A stretch of DNA of 64,000 nucleotides from NCBI GenBank assembly GCA_017445025.1, contig JAFSVJ010000028.1:30707-94706 (forward strand), in the 5' to 3' direction. The notes below the pieces were generated by a model. It ran no database searches. It was not told the DNA's origin and saw nothing but the letters and a program-made list of their open reading frames with translations. This stretch comes from Abditibacteriota bacterium. Lineage in GTDB: Bacteria > Armatimonadota > UBA5829. The position numbers and the translations under genes were made by a program. Of the stretch, positions 1-9,200 are shown piece by piece (position 1 is the stretch's first letter; each line of letters starts with the position of its first letter).

Positions 1-908
1 CTTTCTATTTCTCTATTAAGATCTGTAGTATTAAAATCGGACAAATCTTTTTCTTTTTCTGATAATCTATCTAAGTCAGGGAAAATTTTATACTTATAAT
101 CCTTAGTATCATTAAAAGAAATACCGGTATATTCTATATCTTTTATGTTGCCACTCTTTTCTCCGATTTTTTCATTTAATCTATCAATTTCTTTTGCCTT
201 TGCTTCATTTTCAACCAACTGCTCAAAATCAAACTCATCTGTAAACTCTTTAAGTTTTCTTTTTGCCTCATCAAGGGCAGTTGCTGATGAATTAAATTTA
301 TCTAAATCAATTAAGTCTTTCCCTATCTTTATTTTTCTATTAAGTTCTTTAATTTGATCGATATTAGCATCAATTTCTTTTTGAAGATCTTTAACTTTAT
401 TCCAAGCTTCTTTTTTACCTTCAATATTCTTTTTATTTATCTCTAAATCAATCATTATTGGTTTTATATCTTCAGTTTTAGTTTTTCTCGGCTTCTTATC
501 AACTAAATTCAAATCACATGTTCCGATTTTAGCCAATAAATCATCATAATTAGAGAATTTTCCGTTTACCAAACTGTCTAAATTCAAGTCATAAAATCCA
601 TCCGGTCTTTCACCAATTGGCATAGACCAAATATCTTCTTCTTTTTCAACATTTGTATCAAAAGTCACCTTTTGTCCGTCAAGAGTTGCTTCACCTTTAA
701 TAGAACCGTAAGTTTCTTTAGATTCATGTCCTCTTTTAAGTCTTTCTCTCCAAATAATACCTTTTATGGCAGAACATAAAGTAGATTTCCCGCTACCGTT
801 TTGACCTAAAACCACATTGATTTTTTTTAAGTTATCTAAAGATAACCTTTTTATTTTTCTGTTTGGATAACTGTCAAGTTTTATGTTTCTTAATTCTAGT
901 TTACTCAT
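1..908 (-). CDS. SbcC/Rad50-like AAA ATPase, N-terminal part (gene continues past window start)
   Basis: Manual minus-strand translation from ATG at 906-908 gives MSKLELRNIKLDSYPNRKIKRLSLDNLKKINVVLGQNGSGKST..., a Walker A motif near the N-terminus followed by Lys/Glu-rich coiled-coil-like sequence. The start overlaps the stop of the upstream phosphoesterase gene by 8 nt, the typical sbcD-sbcC arrangement. Confidence 0.6.
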   Translation of the reverse strand, partial: MSKLELRNIKLDSYPNRKIKRLSLDNLKKINVVLGQNGSGKSTLCSAIKGIIWRERLKRGHESKETYGSIKGEATLDGQKVTFDTNVEKEEDIWSMPIGERPDGFYDLNLDSLVNGKFSNYDDLLAKIGTCDLNLVDKKPRKTKTEDIKPIMIDLEINKKNIEGKKEAWNKVKDLQKEIDANIDQIKELNRKIKIGKDLIDLDKFNSSATALDEAKRKLKEFTDEFDFEQLVENEAKAKEIDRLNEKIGEKSGNIKDIEYTGISFNDTKDYKYKIFPDLDRLSEKEKDLSDFNTTDLNREIE

Positions 909-2181
909 TTTTATCACTCTCCCCCGGCAAAATATCAATTAAAGATTTTCGAATAAACTTCAATAATTCTTCATCATCTAAATAATCATAATAGCCATTA
1001 CGAGCTGGTTCTGTATACTCTTCACTTTGTTCTTTGTATTTAACAAAACTATCACCATATTTTTCAATAAAAGTTCCATCATCAATTGACAATATCATTT
1101 CAGCCACAACACCTATAGCATTAGGTTGTTTTGCCATTTCTCCCAAATTATACACACCTTCTATATTATCAATAAATTCTGATACATAAACATCTTCTGC
1201 CACATAACCGTTTACGGCAGATTGGTTTTCTTCCATTTCTTCTCTGATTTTATCATGTTTTTCTTTTGAAAGATTTCCGATTAGGTTCACCTTATATAAA
1301 TTTAAACTATGTTTACATTCCAAATTTTCATTTAAAATAGAACTTAAAGAATGTTCATCACTAAAATCTGACACATCCGCATCCACTAATTCATAATATA
1401 CTTTTGAAAAAGATTCAAAGCAGAAATTAACCTTATCTAATTTTTCATCTAATTCCAACGTCCAAAAACCATGTTCACCCTTTTCACCAAAATCAAAAGC
1501 CTGAGGAGAACCTAAACTAACATACTTATCTTTTTCTTCTTTTTTATGAGTGTGACCAATTAAAGTAATAATAGAGTTATTTATTACATCACCATTTAAG
1601 CTGTCTTTAAATGGGCCATATTTATTATCTTTTTCATTAGCATTATAATCCCCGTGAATCATAATTATATATTTATCGTCTTCAATTTTTAATTTTATTT
1701 CTTTATTATCTTCATTTTTTAATTTTCTTTTAAATGGATTTGTTTTTAAATCATCATCTAATCCGAAACCGTAAATACTTAATCCATTAAGATCAAACCT
1801 TTGCCACTTGCAACCACAACCTATCAAATGAACGAAAGAATAAGGAGTATTAGATAATAAATCTGAAAGTCGTGACTTATCATGATTTCCCGGAATCATA
1901 ACAACTTCTATATTTTTATCTTTTAGTTTTTCAAAACCGTTATTAAGAATTTGACGTGACGTAAAAGTGGATGTATCCTCATCTAATATATCCCCACAGA
2001 TTAATATAGCATCATAGTTGTTTTGAGAAGCTATATCAATAATATCATACCAAGCTTTTTCCGCAGTAAAATCTTCAATATTATATTTTTCAGGTATTTT
2101 TTTTGAAAAATTACCCAAGTGTAAATCTGCTGTGCAAAGAATTTTCATATTACATTCCTCCTTGTCTTTTTTATTTCTCAA
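901..2181 (-). CDS. SbcD/Mre11-like calcineurin-type metallophosphoesterase (DNA repair exonuclease subunit-like)
   Basis: N-terminus MKILCTADLHLG, then GDILD and GNHD metallophosphoesterase motifs. 426 aa. Translationally coupled to the downstream ATPase. Confidence 0.7.
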   Translation of the reverse strand: MRNKKDKEECNMKILCTADLHLGNFSKKIPEKYNIEDFTAEKAWYDIIDIASQNNYDAILICGDILDEDTSTFTSRQILNNGFEKLKDKNIEVVMIPGNHDKSRLSDLLSNTPYSFVHLIGCGCKWQRFDLNGLSIYGFGLDDDLKTNPFKRKLKNEDNKEIKLKIEDDKYIIMIHGDYNANEKDNKYGPFKDSLNGDVINNSIITLIGHTHKKEEKDKYVSLGSPQAFDFGEKGEHGFWTLELDEKLDKVNFCFESFSKVYYELVDADVSDFSDEHSLSSILNENLECKHSLNLYKVNLIGNLSKEKHDKIREEMEENQSAVNGYVAEDVYVSEFIDNIEGVYNLGEMAKQPNAIGVVAEMILSIDDGTFIEKYGDSFVKYKEQSEEYTEPARNGYYDYLDDEELLKFIRKSLIDILPGESDKNE

Positions 2182-2273
2182 TATTATATACCGAATTTTT
2201 CAAAATAAAATCTAAAAAAAACAGTGTTTTTTATGGGATTTTTATAAATGTCTATATTTTATGACAAATGTCT

Positions 2274-2612
2274 TTATTTTATCTCAAGTTTTTGTCTGTT
2301 GCCACATTTGCGACATGTGAAAGTTGTGTTCATACTTATGGAGGCTCTTGTTTCGGAAGAATTCTCCACATTGCCACATTTTTCACACTTTCTACGAATT
2401 GTTATTAAGTGTCCGTCATCTTTTGTGATAACACAACCCTGTATTGCCACACGAGGAGGCTTTTTGGTTCTCTCAAAAATGCTTTCGCTGTCTGTGGTCT
2501 GTGAGCTACTGTAACTACTTGTTTCGTTATCATTTGTGGTGCAACACAGACCTACAAAGCATAAACCCAAAGCCAATACCAACACTACAATTTTTGTTTT
2601 TAAACTCTTCAT
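2274..2612 (-). CDS. small secreted/membrane-anchored protein with C-terminal CxxC...CxxC zinc-ribbon
   Basis: N-terminal hydrophobic signal-like segment (IVVLVLALGLCFVGLCC), a Ser/Thr-rich linker, then CEKCG...CRKCG. Confidence 0.45.
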   Translation of the reverse strand: MKSLKTKIVVLVLALGLCFVGLCCTTNDNETSSYSSSQTTDSESIFERTKKPPRVAIQGCVITKDDGHLITIRRKCEKCGNVENSSETRASISMNTTFTCRKCGNRQKLEIK

Positions 2613-2628
2613 TTTTTATCTCCTTATA

Positions 2629-3687
2629 TTAATAAATATAACCTTTACAGGATAACATAACAGCTTGTGCAAAGCTGTGAGCGCTTGTCCATTTCTCAGA
2701 TAATTCTTTCGGTTTATAAAAAACACTCTCAGTATGTAGTTTCTTTGCTCTCAACAAATCACAACAGATTGAAATAACTTCAAAATTCAATATCTCAAAG
2801 GGACCTATCTCTACCTTAGATTTATCCTTATATAGATAAAATGTCTTTCCGGATTCAATGTAAATAACACAGTTAAGATTAAAACTATCCATTACATCTA
2901 AAACAGATGATATAAACCCTTCCCTATCATCATTTTTAAAGGGAACAAGCAAAGATTGTTCTTCATATTGATGAAGCGTATCGGGGATTGGTTGGTTATT
3001 TCTATAATAACTGTCCCTCAATTGTTCCTTTCGTTCCGCAAATCTTAACTTCTTTTCACGAAGTTTCTTTTTTAAATTCTCGTGCTTTTCTGTATCAACA
3101 CTTAATTGCTTATGTTTCCTTTCAATAATTTCTTTATCACTCAAACCTTCTAAAGAAGCGTTAGAATCAACACCATAAACATTAATTATCACAAAATCGT
3201 GAAATTTAGATAAAAAACCAATCTCATCTGCGGATCTTCCGGGACATACTACGCTAATCCATTTTGTAGCTTTTGAGATTTTTTCAAGATAATCTTCCAG
3301 ACTTTTTTGCTTATCTTCATAATGTGCCTTTTTTGCTTTTTTTATAATATGTTTAACAATATCTGTTTCTTCACTAAGGACATTTAACAAAAATGATTTA
3401 CCGACTTTATTTATAAATATTAATGAATCGGCATAATTTTCATCCTCACTCAATTCAACTATGGATAATATATGTGCTTGTGGGCTGTTTTCTTCTACCA
3501 TATCTTTTGTTAAAGAGTGGCAGGAATATCTGTCCATCTTGTCAAATAATTCTTCACGATACTTAGTGGCTTTCTCTGCTCCGGCAAGGTCGCCTTCTAC
3601 TTCTAAAGCTTTGATTGTACCATAAGCTCGGTTGAACTCTGTGTAGAGCTGCATTGGAATTTCTTTTAATTTTTTTCCTAATAACAT
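2629..3687 (-). CDS. hypothetical protein (352 aa), first gene of operon with zinc-ribbon protein and SbcCD-like pair
   Basis: Long ORF with protein-like composition and no motif I can assign. Its stop is 16 nt upstream of the next minus-strand start. Confidence 0.5.
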   Translation of the reverse strand: MLLGKKLKEIPMQLYTEFNRAYGTIKALEVEGDLAGAEKATKYREELFDKMDRYSCHSLTKDMVEENSPQAHILSIVELSEDENYADSLIFINKVGKSFLLNVLSEETDIVKHIIKKAKKAHYEDKQKSLEDYLEKISKATKWISVVCPGRSADEIGFLSKFHDFVIINVYGVDSNASLEGLSDKEIIERKHKQLSVDTEKHENLKKKLREKKLRFAERKEQLRDSYYRNNQPIPDTLHQYEEQSLLVPFKNDDREGFISSVLDVMDSFNLNCVIYIESGKTFYLYKDKSKVEIGPFEILNFEVISICCDLLRAKKLHTESVFYKPKELSEKWTSAHSFAQAVMLSCKGYIY

Positions 3688-3807
3688 TTGTATTCCTCCA
3701 TAATAATTATAACATTTTATTTAATCTTTGTCAACAGATTTATAAGGTTTAAAAAACATAAAATAAATTGTCTTTTAAACCCGACAAAACTGTTAATTTC
3801 TGACGGG

Positions 3808-3880
3808 TATGGGTGGGGAGATATTTTTCTTTTGTGTCACACTTTTCTCCTTTTCTCTCTCCCCACCCATATATTATAAA
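3808..3880. repeat. perfect 13-bp inverted repeat (atgggtggggaga / tctccccacccat) with ~45-nt spacer, upstream of the 352-aa gene
   Basis: Read directly from the sequence. GC-rich palindrome in an AT-rich leader region. Confidence 0.4.
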
Positions 3881-4007
3881 AAAAAACATCTAACAATCTA
3901 CTTTTAAGAGTAATTAAGTGCCTAAACCATATATAGCCATATTTTCAAAATTGTATATTTCATAAAAATTTATCATATATGACTAATAACACTCTCTGTT
4001 TAGGATT

Positions 4008-4199
4008 CTATTTTTCCAATACCTTTTCTTTAAACTCTTGTGGTAAATCTAAGTATTCAAGAACAACAAAATCTATACCATCTACATTATCTACAATTAA
4101 GTCAACGGCTACTAAATCATCTTTCCCTTTAATCTTATGCTTAAACATTATAACGAGGACACTTAATTTTAACATAGCAGCTACAGGTAAATTATCCAT
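4008..4199 (-). CDS. small hypothetical protein (63 aa)
   Basis: ORF lying 11 nt downstream of the 64-aa ORF on the same strand. No recognisable motif. Confidence 0.3.
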   Translation of the reverse strand: MDNLPVAAMLKLSVLVIMFKHKIKGKDDLVAVDLIVDNVDGIDFVVLEYLDLPQEFKEKVLEK

Positions 4200-4210
4200 A
4201 GATAATTCAA

Positions 4211-4405
4211 TTAATTCTTGAAAAAAGATGCTCTGTCAAAACAGGTCTCTCCATACCCCTCTAACCCTATCATTCTTAAAATGTCACTATTCCATATTAG
4301 GGTTATTGTATCTATTTTGGCTTCGGCTCCTTTGGCAATAAATTTTACCAAATATTGTTTCGTTACGGAGATTATCTCCTTTTCATTTTCGTTTTTTGTT
4401 GACAT
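4211..4405 (-). CDS. small hypothetical protein (64 aa), paralog-like to 15070..15213
   Basis: Preceded by RBS GGAGGTGA. It sits immediately downstream (minus sense) of repeat R1. A C-terminal segment NSDILRMIGLEGYGE resembles VSDLFGSKVVELMGE in the 47-aa gene that follows repeat R2. Confidence 0.45.
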   Translation of the reverse strand: MSTKNENEKEIISVTKQYLVKFIAKGAEAKIDTITLIWNSDILRMIGLEGYGETCFDRASFFKN

Positions 4406-4435
4406 AGCGTCACCTCCGATTTAAATATTTTGGTT

Positions 4436-4545
4436 AAGGTTTTTCCCCTTCCATATATATATAGTCATATTTCCACCCAAAATTGCCATTTTTTCAAAAA
4501 ATTTTTTTTAAAAAAAGTGATACCATGTTTTCACATAGTATCACT
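4436..4545. repeat. ~110-bp direct repeat R1 (terminator hairpin plus putative promoter module); second copy at 15321..15446
   Basis: Shared core ccttccatatatatatagtcatatttccacccaaaattgccattttttcaaaaaa plus gataccatgttttcacatagtatc in both copies, with small indels. Confidence 0.8.
4508..4543 (-). terminator. putative rho-independent terminator for the island-1 operon (inside repeat R1)
   Basis: Minus strand reads gatactatg-tgaaaac-catggtatc, a 9-bp stem with one G-U pair, followed by a U-run. Confidence 0.4.
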
Positions 4546-4635
4546 AAATAAATCTTAAATATATGAATTGTAATTGGATGATAATTTTACAATCACAATT
4601 CACATAAAGGCTTAATTTTAATATTGATAAAAATC

Positions 4636-6228
4636 TTACCAATTATTTCTGCGTTTTGCCCACAATGATTGTGCTTCTTTCACTAAATCATACATAAACT
4701 CTCTAACCATACCCGAAAACAAATTATCAATACTAGTATCCGGGAATAATTCATTAAATGCTTCTAATATATGAAGAATATAGTCAGGAGTGGCTGTAGG
4801 CAAAACATATTTATTCCTAAGATAAATTGAATCATGAGGACCAAAATCATCAAAGAATTCAACTGTCTTACTCTTTCCTGCTTTAATATAATTATAAAAG
4901 TCTTTTTCCAACTTTAAGTGTTTTTCTTCTTTTACTATTCTTTCCCACGCAGCTCGACCAAATAAATCTTTAACAGAGAATTTTATTTTCATTCCTGAAG
5001 GAAGAAGGGAAGCCAAAGCCAAAGCTATATCCAAAAGAGAGTCCAATTTTGGATACATTAAATTCTTTATACTATTCCAAACTATTTTACCCACAAAATC
5101 TTCCAAATTCAAAGGTTTAACACTATGTGATGAAAGCCAATGATCTTCTGTTATAATTATATCATCATCACCAAATTCTTTATCTAATCCTTCAATATTA
5201 TCGAACGATCCACCTTCGTCATCATATTCCATTTCATCATAATCTTCATCATTTATGTCTATTCCGGAAAATATTATATTAAAGGCCCTTAAAATGCCTA
5301 AAATATAATCTAAATCTGCAGGTGGTAATTTGACACTATTTCTTTCATAGAGTGTTTCTTCTACCGGGCCGTTATCCTCAACAATTTCTATAGATTTACT
5401 TTTTCCCTCTTTGATATAATTATAAAAGTCTTTAAAAAGCTTTTGATCTTCTTCAGCACCAACAATTCTATCCCAAGCTTTTTTGCTAAAGAGTTTGCGA
5501 ATATTAAATTTAATTCCCTTGCCGGCAGGAAGAAGATTTGCCAAAGCAATAGCAATTTGGAGCAAGGTTCGTGGTTTTTTGTTATGATTATCTATAGTAT
5601 TTTTAATTAAAACGCCAAAAATGTCACATTTATCTAAAGGATACTCTTCAGGGAATAAAGCATTAAAGGAATCCATAATCTCTCTTATATATTCCTCGTC
5701 TGCGGGAGGCAAAACCACATCATTTCGCTTGTATATAGCTAATTTAGGGGTGATATCATTATAGATTTCAAGAGCAGCTTCTTTTTTGGCTTTAACATAA
5801 TCATAGAATTCTTCTGTAAGACCGGAATATAAGCCATATTTTTTGATTCTCTTCAAAGCTTCTCTGCTAAACAATTCCTCTATTCTAAACATGGTATTGA
5901 AAGGCAAGAGGCAAGCTAATCTTACAGCTATTTCCAACAATGTCAATTTTCTCTTGGATTTGCCAGATGAAATTGTTTTTACAATATTATTATTACTCCT
6001 AAGAGATAATTTTGTATAGATTTTTAATGACTCAGAAAGAGTGATTAAATCCAAATCAGATTTATCTCTAAGGTTTTCAAATTCCTCTTCAACTTCTTGA
6101 GCTAATTTTAATGCTTTAATTTCATCCCACAGAGATGCATTAAATAAAGCTGATACGGTAAAAGCGGAATCTTTAGGTTTGTTCATTGCCTCGCTTATGG
6201 CAATCTTTGCAATGGTTTTAGGGTCCAT
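4636..6228 (-). CDS. hypothetical protein with three tandem ~110-aa internal repeats (last gene of island-1 operon)
   Basis: Three repeat units each contain LLxIAxxLAxLLPxG ... FxxKxW(D/E)RI ... LPPAD(x)DYIxxIxxxFN. The start is 17 nt downstream of the SNF2 gene stop. Confidence 0.6.
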   Translation of the reverse strand: MDPKTIAKIAISEAMNKPKDSAFTVSALFNASLWDEIKALKLAQEVEEEFENLRDKSDLDLITLSESLKIYTKLSLRSNNNIVKTISSGKSKRKLTLLEIAVRLACLLPFNTMFRIEELFSREALKRIKKYGLYSGLTEEFYDYVKAKKEAALEIYNDITPKLAIYKRNDVVLPPADEEYIREIMDSFNALFPEEYPLDKCDIFGVLIKNTIDNHNKKPRTLLQIAIALANLLPAGKGIKFNIRKLFSKKAWDRIVGAEEDQKLFKDFYNYIKEGKSKSIEIVEDNGPVEETLYERNSVKLPPADLDYILGILRAFNIIFSGIDINDEDYDEMEYDDEGGSFDNIEGLDKEFGDDDIIITEDHWLSSHSVKPLNLEDFVGKIVWNSIKNLMYPKLDSLLDIALALASLLPSGMKIKFSVKDLFGRAAWERIVKEEKHLKLEKDFYNYIKAGKSKTVEFFDDFGPHDSIYLRNKYVLPTATPDYILHILEAFNELFPDTSIDNLFSGMVREFMYDLVKEAQSLWAKRRNNW

Positions 6229-6245
6229 TTGTTTCTCCTTTTTAT

Positions 6246-9200
6246 TTAGTGTTTTTTATTTTCATATCCTACTATTATTTTGGTTTCTTTTTCCTCAGTC
6301 CTGTTTATAGAATTGATATATTTGGATTTACCTAAATCTTCATACAATTCTGTTATTTTTGCTTCCAATTTATCATCATCTTTCCAATCTTTGATTTTTC
6401 TATAATCAAAAGTTGACAAAGTCCCTAATCCTGTAATATCATCTATAAGGGCTTTTATGAAATCTTTATACTTGGCGCAAGAATGATATCTGTCTTTCTT
6501 TATTATACCTTCAAGAGACTTAAGAGTATTATAGGCTTTTTCTTCATCTCCCTTTTTAGGTAAAGAATGTCTGATTCCTGCATTAACATCTATAAGCTTA
6601 GGATACATATTCCAGAAATTATCGGAAAAAGTTTCAAGTGGGGTATCCGGGTCACACTTGATTTTATCTATCAAATCCTTATTAAGCTTGGTCTCAACAT
6701 AACTTTTGCTTGTATCAAAATTAAAGTGGCGAACAAACATATCATTTTTAAGAATAAAGAGTATTAATTCATTGTCTGTGCCTAATTTACAGGTTTTGAT
6801 TCTGTAAGGCATTTTATCAATATTCTTTAATGCTTCCTGAACTTTAGGATCTGTGCTTTCTTCAATGGATTTATAGAGTTTTCGAACATAAGTGTAAAAG
6901 CTCTCTTCTTCATCCTCATAAGGCAACTTATGTAACGCTTCGGAAAGCTCCGCCGCAGTAGGCTCTTCATCCGGAGTGAAGATTTTGGCATCTTCACCTA
7001 AAATATTGTGAATCAACAGCATTTTTTGAGTGGCAATTTGTTTAACTCGAACAGTGTCGGAAGTTAATTCTGAAGGGAAGAAGTTATAAATGTAAAGTTT
7101 GTCAAAGACTTTTGCGGAAATTCTGTTCATTCTTCCCACTCTTTGAATAACACGCACCGGGTTCCAAGGAATATCATAGTTTATTACAACACCGGCTCTG
7201 TTAAGGTTATGTCCTTCACTCATTTTATCCGTAGAAACAAGAATGTGTTTATCGTTAGTTTGGTCTTTGCAAGAATAATCAAATTCTTTTTCTATTTCTT
7301 CAATTTTTATACTGGAACCATAGACATATTCTATGTCATCTCTATGTAATCCGTCAAATTTATTCCTTAGATGTTTAACTGTATCCGCAAATTCTGTAAA
7401 TACCAATATTTTTCTATTAGGTTCTTTTGCTTTGATTCCATCTACAATTTTAACCAATTCTTCAAACTTAGGGTCTTTATCAACCATCTTAAGGTCTTCA
7501 CACCTTTCTTTAATTTTGGTAAATAAATCTATATCTTTTTTAATATCCTCTAAAAAATCCGCTTCGCCTGAAGGGGTAAATTCATATACATCATATTCTT
7601 TTCCCTTTTTGGCTTGCATTTCTTTTAACTTTTCTAAAACTTCATCATCATCCAAATCGACACAATCTGTCATAAATTTTCTGTTTAATACATAATAACC
7701 ATTAGTTGTGACAAAGGAATATATTTCAATATTTGTTTGAAGATATCTTTTAACGGATTCATAAAAAGCACCAAAAGAAGACTCAAGTCTTTTAACTATG
7801 ATTCTTTTCATAAAATCATACAATTGATCTTGATACTGTTTTGCCAATTTCTTAGATACAGAATTCTTTGCATCATAATTTACAGGACGATAAATAGCTC
7901 CTATAAAATCTCCGCCGGTTTTAGAAAAATACCTCAATATATCATCATAAAAATCTGATAAATCCGGCTCTAAAAAATATAAAGCTTCTCTGGGGTCTTC
8001 AATGGTAGAAAGGTCTCCTGTTTCTTTTTTATAATCCGGGTTGTTTAATATATCAAGTCTGTTTCTTCTTATAATATAACTTGAAATATCATCTTTGACC
8101 TCTCCCCCAACATCTTTCATCATTTTGTGCAATTTATCAATCTCAGGTTTACCTATTGAAGCAACTTTAACGCCGGGCAAGTATTTACTCAATAATCTAT
8201 CAATCTTAGCTAATTTTGCAGGATCTGTAGATCTATAATCTTTAATAATAGAATTAATATCTTCTATACGAGCTTTAACATCCATAAACTTTTCAAACAA
8301 AGAATATCCATAGGATGCAGATACAAATTTAGTAGGTAAGAACAATTTTAAAATACTATGAATATCCCAAAAGGTGTTATTGAATGGAGTAGCGGTTAAT
8401 AAAATAACTTTTTTGTTTTTACAGATAGTATTTAGATAACCATAGGTATCGTTTTTGTCATTTCTAAACCTATGAGCTTCGTCGATAATTACATTATCAA
8501 AATCAGAATATAATTTTCTCTCATAAATATACTTTAAATTGGAAAAGCTTGAAGATTCAACCTCACCTCGTATATTAAATTTATACTTATAATCTTTCCA
8601 ACCATATGAACCTGGTTCACCTATAAGATTAGGTGGACACAAAATAAGAGTGTTACCTGGCAATTGGGTGGCTATTACAGAAGCAATAATACTTTTTCCG
8701 AGACCTACAACATCACCGAGAATAACTCCACCATAGTCTTCTATTTTACCCAAAGCCTCACGAATAGCATCTATTTGAAATCTAAAAGGCTTAAATCCGG
8801 CTTTATCCAATATTTGAGGAATATTTTTATCATCTTCCATATCCAATGACAGATAGGTTTTTAGTATATAGATATAGGCTTCATAAGGGGTCACCTTTCT
8901 GCAATGGGTTTCCTTAGTCAAGATTTCAATAATATCTTTCTTTATAGAATCATCTTCGGTAATTAAAATAGCATCTCTCCAAAGATTTTCAAAATATTCA
9001 TCTGCTTCAATATAATCTTTAGCATGATTTACTTCAACATTAAATTCATCTTGACGGAACAAACCGGCAGATGTAAAATTGGAAGACCCGGTTATAAAAC
9101 GATTGTCTTTTCCATCTTTAGGATAGGCAAAGAGATATAATTTTGAATGATTATCTTTATTGGTTTTACGGATGATGATTTTTCCTTCTTTAATCCATTT

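Noticed and set aside
2248-2514. 88-aa plus-strand ORF
   Set aside because: It overlaps the minus-strand zinc-ribbon protein gene and has hydrophobic low-complexity translation typical of antisense frames.
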